From Candidatus Giovannonibacteria bacterium (GTDB taxonomy: Bacteria; Patescibacteriota; Minisyncoccia; UBA11713; 2-01-FULL-45-33), in NCBI GenBank assembly GCA_016176295.1, contig JACOXN010000006.1, positions 18,466 through 82,465 of the forward strand: DNA of 64,000 nt. Reading direction: 5' to 3'. Made by a program: the position numbers and the translations under genes. Below the pieces are notes generated by a model. It was not told the origin of the DNA and made no database searches. It saw only the letters and a list, made by a program, of their open reading frames with translations. Below are positions 1 to 9,372 of the stretch, in pieces (the stretch's first letter is position 1; every line of letters starts with the position of its first letter).

Positions 1-1691
1 TCCCCCGCATTTGCTTCATCAATAAATTGGACCGAATGGGAGCGAACTTTGAAAAAAGTCTGAAATCAATCCACGAAAGACTCACCCCCAACGCCGTGGC
101 GGTAAGTCTGCCCCTGGGACTCGAAGCGGAGCTCGTCGGCATCATCGACCTCATGACCATGAAACTTATCACGTTCGGAGGAAAACTCGGGGAAACCGTC
201 GAGGCCGTGGAAATTCCGGCCGACAAAAAAGCCTGGGCGGAAGAGTGGAGAAATAAAATGGTGGAAAAGATCGCCGAGCAGGACGACACGCTCACGGAGA
301 AATTTTTGGAAGGAAAAGAAATTCCAGTTGCGGAGCTCAGAAAAACCCTCCGCAAAGCAACTTTGGGTTACAAGCTGGTCCCTGTTTTTTGCGGTTCGGC
401 TTTAAAAAATAAAGGCATACAATTGGTGCTCGACGGAGTAGTGGATTATCTGCCGTCTCCCTCCGAACTTCCTGCGGTTAAAGGAAAAGACCCCAAAACC
501 GGTGAAGTCATGGAGCGCCACGCATCAGACGCCGAGCCTTTTACCGCTCTCGCTTTCAAATTGCAGACCGATCCTTACGTCGGCCAGCTTACTTATTTTC
601 GTGTTTACTCCGGTTCCCTCTTGGCCGGTTCATACGTCCTTAATGCCACAAATGGTGAAAAGGAAAGAGTCGGACGTATTTTGCAAATGCATGCGAACCA
701 TCGGGAAGAAATAAAAGAGATTTACGCGGGGGGCATCGGCGCCATAGTGGGCTTAAAAAGCACCCGCACGGGGCACACTCTTTGCGACCCGGAGCATCCG
801 ATTGTTCTCGAGGAAATAACTTTCCCGGAGCCCGTCGTATCTTTGAGGATAGAACCCAAGACCAAAGCCGACCAGGAAAAAATGGGTATTGCCTTGCGGC
901 GTCTTTCGGAAGAAGACCCGACTTTCCGCATAAAGGGAGACATCGAAACCATGGAAACCATTATTTCCGGGATGGGCGAGCTCCATCTGGAAATACTCGT
1001 GGACCGCATGAAGAGAGAATTCAAAGTGGAAGCCAATGTGGGACGCCCGCAAGTAGCTTACAAAGAGACTATCAAGAAACAAGCTGAGGCCGAAGGGAAA
1101 TACATCAAACAGTCGGGAGGCCGCGGACAATACGGGCATGTGCGCATCAGGGTGGAGCCGATGGAGCGCGGCAAAGGTTTTGCTTTTGTAAACGCCATCA
1201 AAGGCGGGGTCATTCCGCAGGAATTCATCCCCGCGGTGGAGAAGGGCATGAAAGAAGCTACCGAAAAAGGAGTGATAGCCGGATTTCCGCTGGTGGACGT
1301 GCAGGCCACTTTATACGACGGCTCTTACCACGACGTAGACTCGTCCGAAGCAGCGTTCAAGATAGCGGGCTCGATGGCATTGCAGGAAGCTGCAAGGCGC
1401 GCCACGCCGATAATTCTTGAGCCGATTATGAAAGTCGAGGTAGTAACTCCGGAACAATTTTTGGGAGACATCACCGGAGACCTGTCTTCCAAACGCGGAA
1501 GGATAGAGCAGATGACCGAGCGCGGGCTCGCTAAAGTCGTGAATGCAAAGGTGCCTCTTTCCGAAATGTTCGGGTACGTTACCAAGCTCCGCTCCATGAC
1601 CGAAGGACGCGCCACATATACGATGGAATTCGATAATTACGAAGAAGTCCCGACAAATATCTCGGAACAAATAAAGGAGGGCAAAAAATAA
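1..1691 (+). CDS. fusA: Elongation factor G (5' end outside window)
   Basis: EF-G motifs [33 protein letters not shown] and VPLSEMFGY; frame is open to the window edge. Confidence 0.98.
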   Translation, partial: PRICFINKLDRMGANFEKSLKSIHERLTPNAVAVSLPLGLEAELVGIIDLMTMKLITFGGKLGETVEAVEIPADKKAWAEEWRNKMVEKIAEQDDTLTEKFLEGKEIPVAELRKTLRKATLGYKLVPVFCGSALKNKGIQLVLDGVVDYLPSPSELPAVKGKDPKTGEVMERHASDAEPFTALAFKLQTDPYVGQLTYFRVYSGSLLAGSYVLNATNGEKERVGRILQMHANHREEIKEIYAGGIGAIVGLKSTRTGHTLCDPEHPIVLEEITFPEPVVSLRIEPKTKADQEKMGIALRRLSEEDPTFRIKGDIETMETIISGMGELHLEILVDRMKREFKVEANVGRPQVAYKETIKKQAEAEGKYIKQSGGRGQYGHVRIRVEPMERGKGFAFVNAIKGGVIPQEFIPAVEKGMKEATEKGVIAGFPLVDVQATLYDGSYHDVDSSEAAFKIAGSMALQEAARRATPIILEPIMKVEVVTPEQFLGDITGDLSSKRGRIEQMTERGLAKVVNAKVPLSEMFGYVTKLRSMTEGRATYTMEFDNYEEVPTNISEQIKEGKK

Positions 1692-1696
1692 ATAAC

Positions 1697-1801
1697 ATGG
1701 ATATAGAGAACAAAACTCAAAACGAAACGGAGACAATATCCGAAAAACTCGTCCAGGAAAATCTGGAGGAGGATTTCGATATCGAATCTATTCCCATATA
1801 G
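1697..1801 (+). CDS. Possible 34-aa acidic small protein (MDIENKTQNETETISEKLVQENLEEDFDIESIPI)
   Basis: ATG 5 nt after the fusA stop; fills the gap to the next gene; below the ORF-track cutoff. Confidence 0.35.
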   Translation: MDIENKTQNETETISEKLVQENLEEDFDIESIPI

Positions 1802-1825
1802 CTTTTACAGTATTAAAATAACGGT

Positions 1826-2302
1826 ATGAAACGCGGTACGGTTTTCATGCTTATTATTATTGCCCCTATACTGGCGGCTGTTTTTTTTGCGTTAAATAGA
1901 GATAAAACCGAGAATGCGGCCGTGGAAATCGGCGGAGTTACCATAGCGGCGGAGATTGCCCGAACTCCCCGCGAGCGTGCCAAGGGTCTTTCCGGAAGGG
2001 AAGGACTCGCCCAAGACGAAGGTATGCTTTTCATTTTTTCAAATCCGGCGCTCTACGATTTTTGGATGAAGGATATGAAATTCCCCATAGACATCATCTG
2101 GATAAACAACGGAAAAATTGTCTATATAGCCGAGAATGCTAAACCTCCGGCTCCAAACACTCTCGACAACGAACTCACGGTTTATCATCCAACCGAACTC
2201 GCGTCTTACGTGTTTGAAGTACAATCAGCATTTGTCGAACAACACGGAATAAAAGTAGGGGATGACGTGAAGCTGATTGGAAATATTTTTGAATCCTTTT
2301 GA
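1826..2302 (+). CDS. DUF192 family membrane-anchored protein
   Basis: N-terminal TM, GLSGRE...GMLFIF...FWMKDMKFPIDIIWI signature. Confidence 0.9.
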   Translation: MKRGTVFMLIIIAPILAAVFFALNRDKTENAAVEIGGVTIAAEIARTPRERAKGLSGREGLAQDEGMLFIFSNPALYDFWMKDMKFPIDIIWINNGKIVYIAENAKPPAPNTLDNELTVYHPTELASYVFEVQSAFVEQHGIKVGDDVKLIGNIFESF

Positions 2303-2332
2303 CATTTTCATGAAGATTGCTAGAGTGTCGCC

Positions 2333-3883
2333 ATGGCGCTTAAACTCCATTCCGCGGAAGTCCTGGGACTTTCGGGAAAAATAATCGATGTGGAAATAGA
2401 TCTCTCGCCGGGGCTCTTCAGTTTTTCCATTGTAGGACTCGCCGATAAATCCGTTTCCGAATCGAAAGAACGGATTTCCGCCGCCATCAAAAGTTTCGGA
2501 GCCAAGTCTCCCCAGAAAAAAAACCAGCGTGTCGTTATATCGCTGGCTCCGGCCGATCTTAAAAAAGAAGGACCGGTTTTTGACCTCGCCATCGCGCTCG
2601 CTTATCTTCTGGCTTCCAAACAGGCTAAATTCGAACCAAAAGGAAAAATTTTCCTGGGGGAGCTGGCTTTGGACGGCACGCTTCGACCGATAAAAGGCGT
2701 ACTCGCACTGGCGGAAGAAGCAGCCCGGGCCGGGTTTAAAGAATTTTACATACCGAAAGGTAACGGAGAGGAAGCGGCCCTTGTTTCAAATATTAAAGTT
2801 TATGAGGTAGAGTCTCTTGCAGACACCGTGGAGCATCTGGAAGGGAAAGTCGAGATACCGGAAGTTCCCAAAACAAAAATTATTTATGAGGATTCGAATT
2901 CGATTTTGGATTTTTCCGATATCAAAGGGCAGGAATCCGCCAAGCGCGGCCTGGAAATCGCGGCGGCCGGTGCCCACAACGCTCTGATGGTGGGTCCTCC
3001 CGGCACCGGGAAAACAATGCTCGCCCGCGCTTTCGCCTCCATACTTCCTCCTCTTTCACGCGAAGAAATTTTGGAGGTAACAAAAATTCATTCAATTGCC
3101 GGCGCTTTAAAAGACGCTAACACGGTAGTTAAAGAGAGGCCTTTCCGAAATCCGCACCATACTTCCTCCTATGTTTCCATCGTGGGCGGGGGAACATACC
3201 CGAAGCCGGGCGAAGCAACCTTGGCGCACCGGGGAGTATTGTTCCTGGACGAGTTCGCGGAGTTCGAAAGGAAAGTCATAGAAGCTTTGCGCCAGCCTTT
3301 GGAAGATAAAATGATAACCGTCTCCCGCGCCAAAGCTACGCTTAATTTTCCCGCGCAGATAATGATGATACTCGCTATGAATCCCTGCCCCTGCGGCAAC
3401 TTAGGCTCACAAAAAAGCTGCATCTGCTCTCCTTCGGCTGTCAGCCGCTACCAAAGAAAAATTTCAGGACCCATTGTTGACCGCATCGACCTCTGGCTCG
3501 GAGTTTATGCGATAGATCATAAAAAATTGGAAGATGACCCGTCGGCCCAAAGCCTTGAAAAATCAAAAGCCATCCGCGCCCGCGTTGAAAAAGCGCGCGA
3601 GACCCAAAAGAAAAGGTTTGCGGGAACTAACCTGCCTGCCGGTAGGCAAGGAATAGTTTCCAACTCAGAAATGTCGGTGAGGGAGATAAAAAAATATTGC
3701 GAGCTGGATAACGAATCCAAATCCATATTACAGCAGGCCGCGGCCCGGCTCGACCTTTCCCCGCGCTCGTACCACCGCGTCATTAAGCTCGCCCGCACCA
3801 TAGCCGACCTCGCAGGAGAAAAGAATATAAAAAAAGAACACCTTCTGGAAGCTCTCCAATACAGACCGAAACAGTTGGTATAA
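2333..3883 (+). CDS. comM: ComM/YifB Mg-chelatase-like AAA+ ATPase
   Basis: LAPADLKKEG, GPPGTGKT, RPFRNPHH, LAHRGVLFLDE, AMNPCPCG, LSPRSYHRVIKLARTIADL. Confidence 0.96.
   Translation: MALKLHSAEVLGLSGKIIDVEIDLSPGLFSFSIVGLADKSVSESKERISAAIKSFGAKSPQKKNQRVVISLAPADLKKEGPVFDLAIALAYLLASKQAKFEPKGKIFLGELALDGTLRPIKGVLALAEEAARAGFKEFYIPKGNGEEAALVSNIKVYEVESLADTVEHLEGKVEIPEVPKTKIIYEDSNSILDFSDIKGQESAKRGLEIAAAGAHNALMVGPPGTGKTMLARAFASILPPLSREEILEVTKIHSIAGALKDANTVVKERPFRNPHHTSSYVSIVGGGTYPKPGEATLAHRGVLFLDEFAEFERKVIEALRQPLEDKMITVSRAKATLNFPAQIMMILAMNPCPCGNLGSQKSCICSPSAVSRYQRKISGPIVDRIDLWLGVYAIDHKKLEDDPSAQSLEKSKAIRARVEKARETQKKRFAGTNLPAGRQGIVSNSEMSVREIKKYCELDNESKSILQQAAARLDLSPRSYHRVIKLARTIADLAGEKNIKKEHLLEALQYRPKQLV
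3631..3651. repeat. Palindromic element family A, in frame in comM (encodes LPAGRQG)
   Basis: cctgcctgccggtaggcaagg; near-identical copies at 27572, 44373, 61494 and 63182. Confidence 0.85.
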
Positions 3884-3886
3884 TTT

Positions 3887-5116
3887 TTACCCCACTTCTC
3901 CCACGAACATTGGGATATTGAGACGGCGGACGGAGTGCTGTAAGCTCGCGTGCGCGGCGAAGCTTGAACCTAAAAACACCGCGTGTTTGCCGTATTTTTC
4001 GCGAACTTTGTCCACACTTTCGTAAACTTTTTTCAAACTTTCCACTTTCAAAGAATCGCCGAACAGGTCGGGCTGCGGATTGAGAACGCTTGTGAGTTTA
4101 AGAAGAGCGACCCCTGTAGCCCGGTATTTAAACCGGGTATCGAACAGCCCGCCAAAAAGCGGACGGAGCGAAGAAATTATCTCGTTGGGAAAACTGGTCG
4201 CGCGCGAAAATTTTATTTCAAGCCCCAGATGGCCGAAACCGCTCGTCCGTAAAAAAAAGTTAACCTCCCTAGCTGCCAACTTATAGCGCCTGGCCTTGAT
4301 ACAGGCGTTCTCTATATTTTTTGAAAGCTGCGAGAACACGAAATTTGAATCTCCCGAAGCAGGAGTGAAAGTTCTCACTTTCTGTATGCTTTGATAAGTT
4401 TCTTTCTCGTCGGAATTTACGGGGTAGACGCTCACTCCGCGTAATTCCTGCCATATTTCGTAAAAAGACTTCGAAAGATTCTGACGTATAAAATCTTCAT
4501 CCTTTTCCGCGTAGTCCAGCGCAGTAAAAATATTTTTTTTGGCAAGAAATTCCTCAGTTTGCGGCCCGATGCCCCAGACTTTCCCCGCCGGAAGAAGTTT
4601 TAAATAATGAGGGGCCAGCCTTTGGGAAATTACCGTGAGCCCGGAGGGTTTATTCCATTTTGAGCCGATCTTGGCAAGCACTTTCGTCGGAGCCAAACCC
4701 ACGGAAAAAGTAAAACCGAGTTCAGTATAAAGCTCGCCCTTTATTGTTTCGGCAATGGCGGCATAAGAAGAATGGTATGCCCGCCGCAGGCCGGTTATAT
4801 CGGCGAAGCATTCGTCTATCGAATATTCCTCCACAGCGGGCGTGTGCCTCCGCACAATATCATACATGCGTTTTGAAAGAAGACTGTAAGTCTCGTAATC
4901 GGAGGGTAAAATTATAGCGTCCGGACAAATCTTTCTTACTTCATCCAGCTTCATCGCGCGCGTAATACCTCTGGCTTTTGCCTCGTAGCTCATGGAAGAA
5001 GCGATGCCCCGTTCCTGGCCGGTAACCACCGGCTTGCCTTTGAGAGCGGGATTTAGAGACTGCTCGCACGAAGCGAAAAAAGCATCTCCATCTATGTGAA
5101 GAATGGCCTTTTCCAT
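3887..5116 (-). CDS. dinB: Y-family DNA polymerase IV/UmuC-like
   Basis: ILHIDGDAFFASCEQ, SYEAKARG, YSIDECFADI, VWGIG. Confidence 0.93.
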   Translation of the reverse strand: MEKAILHIDGDAFFASCEQSLNPALKGKPVVTGQERGIASSMSYEAKARGITRAMKLDEVRKICPDAIILPSDYETYSLLSKRMYDIVRRHTPAVEEYSIDECFADITGLRRAYHSSYAAIAETIKGELYTELGFTFSVGLAPTKVLAKIGSKWNKPSGLTVISQRLAPHYLKLLPAGKVWGIGPQTEEFLAKKNIFTALDYAEKDEDFIRQNLSKSFYEIWQELRGVSVYPVNSDEKETYQSIQKVRTFTPASGDSNFVFSQLSKNIENACIKARRYKLAAREVNFFLRTSGFGHLGLEIKFSRATSFPNEIISSLRPLFGGLFDTRFKYRATGVALLKLTSVLNPQPDLFGDSLKVESLKKVYESVDKVREKYGKHAVFLGSSFAAHASLQHSVRRLNIPMFVGEVG

Positions 5117-5118
5117 TT

Positions 5119-5685
5119 TTAATATTTGCGGATGACGCTTATAACCACCGCCGCCACTCTCATGTCTTCGCGGGGGATGATGGTATTATATTTTTTGTTG
5201 GCGGGTATAAGCTCGACTTTATTGCCGGTCTTTCTGAAATATTTCATGGTCCAGCCGCCGTCCACTTCGGCGATAACAATGTCGCCGTTCTTGGGAGTTT
5301 TGCTCCGGTCCACAAGCACCATATCGCCTTCGATGATACCGGCGTCTATCATGGAGTCTCCTTTTACTTTCAGCATGTAGGTCGCCTCCTTATTGTTTAT
5401 GAGCCATTCGTCCAAAGTCATCGTATCTTGCAGCTCCTCCTCGGCTGCGGATGGAAAGCCCGCTTCGACCGTCCCTAAAACTTTTATCTCTCCAAAAAGA
5501 CGGGTGGGGGAGAGCCGACCTTCCCCATCTTTTGTAATTATCCCTCTCTCAACCAATTTATTTATGAGTTTAAAAACGGCGTTCTTCGATCTGAACCCAA
5601 AAAGTTCCATCATCTCACGATACCCCGGCATCCTTTTGTGCCTTTTATAAAATTTTATTAGTTTATCGGAGTGTTCGCTTTTCAT
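5119..5685 (-). CDS. lexA: LexA-like repressor (HTH plus S24 peptidase)
   Basis: N-terminal PGYREMMELFGFRSKNAV HTH, Ala-Gly cleavage site (EAGFPS), GDSM Ser and TMKY Lys. Confidence 0.88.
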   Translation of the reverse strand: MKSEHSDKLIKFYKRHKRMPGYREMMELFGFRSKNAVFKLINKLVERGIITKDGEGRLSPTRLFGEIKVLGTVEAGFPSAAEEELQDTMTLDEWLINNKEATYMLKVKGDSMIDAGIIEGDMVLVDRSKTPKNGDIVIAEVDGGWTMKYFRKTGNKVELIPANKKYNTIIPREDMRVAAVVISVIRKY

Positions 5686-5686
5686 T

Positions 5687-5872
5687 TCAGGAAAAAACTC
5701 TTAGGTCAAACCAGCCGGCTCCGGAGGAGAGCCTGCGTAATTTTGTATAAAGCTCTTTGTGCTTCCTGGCCTCGGCTTTGTAGGTGGTGCCTTTGATTAT
5801 CTTCATGTCTATAAGACGGTTTAACTTATCTATTTCGGAACTGATAATTTTAAAAGTTTGATATTTTGTCAT
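5687..5872 (-). CDS. Small basic hypothetical protein, first gene of the lexA-dinB operon
   Basis: ATG at 5872 preceded by a TATCAT -10 box; abuts lexA. Confidence 0.6.
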   Translation of the reverse strand: MTKYQTFKIISSEIDKLNRLIDMKIIKGTTYKAEARKHKELYTKLRRLSSGAGWFDLRVFS

Positions 5873-5884
5873 ATCCCAATGATA

Positions 5885-5902
5885 AGTGAACCAGAGTTCA
5901 CT
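5885..5902. promoter_or_regulatory. SOS box-like operator AGTGAAC-N4-GTTCACT
   Basis: Perfect 7-bp inverted repeat containing GAAC-N4-GTTC, adjacent to the -10 of the lexA-dinB operon. Confidence 0.75.
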
Positions 5903-5928
5903 CGTCAACCGCGCCCAGCTGGATAAAC

Positions 5929-5937
5929 TGTGGATAA
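5929..5937 (-). promoter_or_regulatory. DnaA box
   Basis: TGTGGATAA is the reverse complement of TTATCCACA. Confidence 0.55.
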
Positions 5938-6077
5938 CGAAATACTTGACAAAATCAAAAAATAAGTTTAAACTAACAAAGGAATCTGCAAAAAATTATA
6001 CTTCACAAAAACCCCAATTTTTTGGTGTTATAATTAAAGCAGAAAAAAGACTGTTTTTGACAAGGAAGGAGAAAGCC

Positions 6078-6512
6078 ATGAAACGATTAATTTCGATTTT
6101 GTTTGTTTCGACGCTATTTTTTTTCGGATGTCGAGATAATGTTGTTTCGGCAAAAAAAATACCAACACCTAAATGGCCAAGCCAAAGTCCCCAGTACATT
6201 GACATGAACGTCAAATGGCCCTGCGGCCAAGTTGTCATTAAACGATGGCCAAATTGGTCACTTACTACGCTGAACGACCAGCCCGTCATTGTCGAATATG
6301 CTGACCGAAACTGGAGGAAGGTCTGGATCTACAAGGGAAACCGGCTCAACCCGGAGTATTACGCGATTGATGTCTCTCCGGAAACAAATCGGTACAAAAA
6401 CAAACCGGACGGATGGCAACATGCGGCCGATAGAATGACTAGAGTGACAATGGAGCTGGCAACCATCGGCATATGTGAGGAATACAAACCTACACAGCTC
6501 ACAAATAAGTAA
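6078..6512 (+). CDS. Hypothetical exported protein with lipoprotein-like signal peptide
   Basis: AAGGAG RBS before ATG 6078; MKRLISILFVSTLFFFGC. Confidence 0.6.
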   Translation: MKRLISILFVSTLFFFGCRDNVVSAKKIPTPKWPSQSPQYIDMNVKWPCGQVVIKRWPNWSLTTLNDQPVIVEYADRNWRKVWIYKGNRLNPEYYAIDVSPETNRYKNKPDGWQHAADRMTRVTMELATIGICEEYKPTQLTNK

Positions 6513-6539
6513 GTGAAAAACAGTTTTGAAAGGCAAAAG

Positions 6540-6568
6540 AAAAGCGTCAAAAAAAGGCGCTTTTTTTC
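6540..6568. terminator. Bidirectional intrinsic terminator
   Basis: aaaagcgtc-N7-ggcgctttt with flanking A/T tracts, between convergent genes. Confidence 0.6.
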
Positions 6569-6592
6569 TTGCGGAGCTTTTAATGAAATAAC

Positions 6593-7735
6593 TTATTTTC
6601 CCAGTTCGCCGACTAAAATAGCTTTTAGGCGTTCAAACTCCGAATCGGGAAAAATTTCTTTAAAAACATCCGGATTGGCGAAAGCATAAAGCAGGTCTTT
6701 GGCGGTCGCTTGAGTAAAATCGCGCTTGATATAAGGCGTTGTAACCGCGCTCAGATTTCTTTCGTCCGTCGTGCCCGAAAGAGTGCTGGTGACGAATATT
6801 CCGATGAGCTTCCCGGTCCGCTCGTCCACCACAGCGCCGCCGGAGGAGCCCGCCTGCGCTATAATGGAGCCGCCAAGCGAAATTTCATCCAGATGGCCGG
6901 AAGAGTTTGAAAAAGTAAAAATATCTTTAACATATCCGACGGTAGTCACCATACCAAGGTTCGTCTGAATAATGCTCCCGCTCAAAAACCCGGCCGGGTA
7001 ACTCGCCAAAAATACCGGCAGCTGTTTTGGCAGTTCATTATATTCCAGATCGGAGTCAAGATATGGCAACCCGCCCGTGACTGGCTGCCCGTCGGGAATA
7101 GTTTCGGTTATTTTAAGGAATGCGTAGTCATGCTCGCCGGTTCCCGTAGGGGATTGTTTTGAAATATTGGAAAAATTTTTATCTACCCAGGCGGAAGAAA
7201 TATAGAGCAAACCGGCTTTGTAGGCCGGGCGCGCGGTATCCCCGGCCCGGATAACGCAATTTAAAAAATCTTTTTGCGGATAATCCCTGAGCAAAAAATA
7301 TTGCGCTATATGCGCGTTGGTCAAAATAACCCCGCTGGGGCTTATAACAACGCCACTTCCCGAAATAGGATTATCCGACCCGCCACTTTTTGAAGTGCAA
7401 AAAATATTCACAGTGGCCCGCCTCGCCAAAGTATTTAAGTCGGAGATGGGAAGGTAAACCGGATCCGCGGGCGATGGAGACGGAGTTGCACTCGGCATGG
7501 CAGGGGTGGAAATAGCTTGCGGACTCGGTTTTTTTGAGGGTTCCTTAAAGTATATTTTTTCGGGCTTCTTTAGTTCGACCCCGACTGCGGGTTCCGTGAC
7601 GGTGGCCTGAGGGGGATTAAGCGGAGGCGGGGCGGTTTCAATGTCCATCGGGGCTTCCAAAGCGCCCAAAGCTAAAATTATCCCGGCCACGACCGAGATC
7701 ATTTTTATAAAAATTGAATGCAATATTTCGAACAA
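6593..7735 (-). CDS. Membrane-anchored trypsin-like serine protease
   Basis: LTNAHIA (His), HDYAFL (Asp), AGSSGGAV (Ser); N-terminal TM plus Pro-rich linker. Confidence 0.85.
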   Translation of the reverse strand: MFEILHSIFIKMISVVAGIILALGALEAPMDIETAPPPLNPPQATVTEPAVGVELKKPEKIYFKEPSKKPSPQAISTPAMPSATPSPSPADPVYLPISDLNTLARRATVNIFCTSKSGGSDNPISGSGVVISPSGVILTNAHIAQYFLLRDYPQKDFLNCVIRAGDTARPAYKAGLLYISSAWVDKNFSNISKQSPTGTGEHDYAFLKITETIPDGQPVTGGLPYLDSDLEYNELPKQLPVFLASYPAGFLSGSIIQTNLGMVTTVGYVKDIFTFSNSSGHLDEISLGGSIIAQAGSSGGAVVDERTGKLIGIFVTSTLSGTTDERNLSAVTTPYIKRDFTQATAKDLLYAFANPDVFKEIFPDSEFERLKAILVGELGK

Positions 7736-7739
7736 AATT

Positions 7740-8111
7740 TTACGTGAGCTGCTTTTTCACTTTTTCCAGGACATCCGCCGGGCTGAATTCCGCTTTCACT
7801 ACATAGTCTTTGGCCCCCAAAGCCATAGCGCGGTCTATCTCAACCGGCTGCCCGGAATTGGAAACAACTATCACGGGTATGCTGATATTTTCGGTTTTCA
7901 TCCTTTCCAGGATGGCAAAGCCGTCCATTTTGGGAAGGATCATATCCAGAAGCACAAGGTCGGGTTTCCCGGTCTTTATCATTTCAAAACCCGATTCGCC
8001 GTCCATCGCGGCTAAAACATCGTAACCCTCCCTGGCCAGTTTGGATTTCATAACCTCCAGATGGGTGGGTTCGTCTTCGATTATCAGTATTTTTTTTACT
8101 TCGGTTTCCAT
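7740..8111 (-). CDS. Single-domain response regulator (CheY-like)
   Basis: ILIIEDE, PDLVLLDMILPKMDG, GAKDYVVK. Confidence 0.92.
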   Translation of the reverse strand: METEVKKILIIEDEPTHLEVMKSKLAREGYDVLAAMDGESGFEMIKTGKPDLVLLDMILPKMDGFAILERMKTENISIPVIVVSNSGQPVEIDRAMALGAKDYVVKAEFSPADVLEKVKKQLT

Positions 8112-8156
8112 TTTTTTATCCTATATTAGTTCTTGAGCCGTGACAAATTTGAGCCG

Positions 8157-9146
8157 TTAAAAAGGGTTTACGGCTCCTCTTACTTCAAAATGCAAATGAC
8201 AGCCCGTAGAGTTTCCGGAGGTACCCACGTTCCCTATTCTTCCGCCCTGGGCGATGAACTGTCCCGGTGTAACATAAACCGCAGAAAGGTGAGAATAGAG
8301 CGTCTGAACTCCGTTAGGATGCCTGATCACTATATATTGGCCATAGCCTCCATTCCAACCGACGCTTTTGGCGAGAAGAACATCTCCGGAAGCAGAGGCG
8401 ATAACCGGCGTACCGCAGCTATTAGCCAAATCCACGCCGTTGAAACCGTGCAGCCCCTGCGATTTTCTGCCCCCGTCGATAGGCCGCAGAAAATATCCGA
8501 CGAGATTAGGACCTCCGGCCCCTCGCGCCTTTGCTTTGGTTGAAGACGACGACAGAGACGGGGAAGCGGATATATTTAGCTCAGCATCGGGAATAATGAG
8601 CGTAGCTCCGATTTTCAAAGCGGCCCCCGGTGTGAGATCGTTGAATGCGGTTATCTCCTCAGCATCGCTTTTATATTTTTTAGCAATAGATGCCACCGTG
8701 TCACCTTTTTTGACCTCGTACTGCAAGCCGGAAATAGGTAATATTACCAAAGTATCGCCGGGCCTGATGACATCCGTCCGCTTAAGATCATTGGCCCAAT
8801 AAATCGTTTGTAAACTAACTCCAAACATATCCGCTATCTTCGATATATTATCCCCGTCGCGGATAGTGTAAGTAGTAATCTGGTCGAGTTTATAAGTTTC
8901 CACGTCCGCAACACTGCCCAATGGACCTATCACAGGCAATATTGAAGAACCTTCCACAAAATTCATTACCGTCCCCCCTACCGCCAGGACGGGTTCCGCA
9001 GTATTGGGAGCTTTAAGCAAAGGCAGCTTTTGGACGTTGAACACCTCTTCTTCTACAACCTCCTCTCCGTGAACCAATCTGCTTACGAACGAAAAAAAGT
9101 CGGCTTCCGCCGGTGTAGAATAAGAGAAAAATATAGCCAACGCCAT
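8157..9146 (-). CDS. LysM-repeat M23 family peptidase
   Basis: Two LysM repeats (YTIRDGDNIS, YEVKKGDTVAS); HGFNGVD, YSHL, STGCHLHFEV. Confidence 0.92.
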   Translation of the reverse strand: MALAIFFSYSTPAEADFFSFVSRLVHGEEVVEEEVFNVQKLPLLKAPNTAEPVLAVGGTVMNFVEGSSILPVIGPLGSVADVETYKLDQITTYTIRDGDNISKIADMFGVSLQTIYWANDLKRTDVIRPGDTLVILPISGLQYEVKKGDTVASIAKKYKSDAEEITAFNDLTPGAALKIGATLIIPDAELNISASPSLSSSSTKAKARGAGGPNLVGYFLRPIDGGRKSQGLHGFNGVDLANSCGTPVIASASGDVLLAKSVGWNGGYGQYIVIRHPNGVQTLYSHLSAVYVTPGQFIAQGGRIGNVGTSGNSTGCHLHFEVRGAVNPF

Positions 9147-9372
9147 AAAGATGCCCCAAAGAGTTTGAGCGAACGAAAAACGAACTATTATTTTGTTAGT
9201 TAAAATAGGTTTAAAAGCTAAAATAAAGCCTTGCTTTTGCGGTAAAAATCGTTGTACAGAGCCATATATTACCGCCTATGCATCAATTCGACCGATACCC
9301 CCAATTTAGCAGAATTCGCCCTCGGAGGCAATCATTATATCCACAACTAGGCAAGTCTGATATTATAGCCAA

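Noticed and set aside
5886..6077. N-terminal extension of ORF 5886..6512
   Set aside because: It spans operator/promoter DNA; the RBS and signal peptide support the ATG at 6078.
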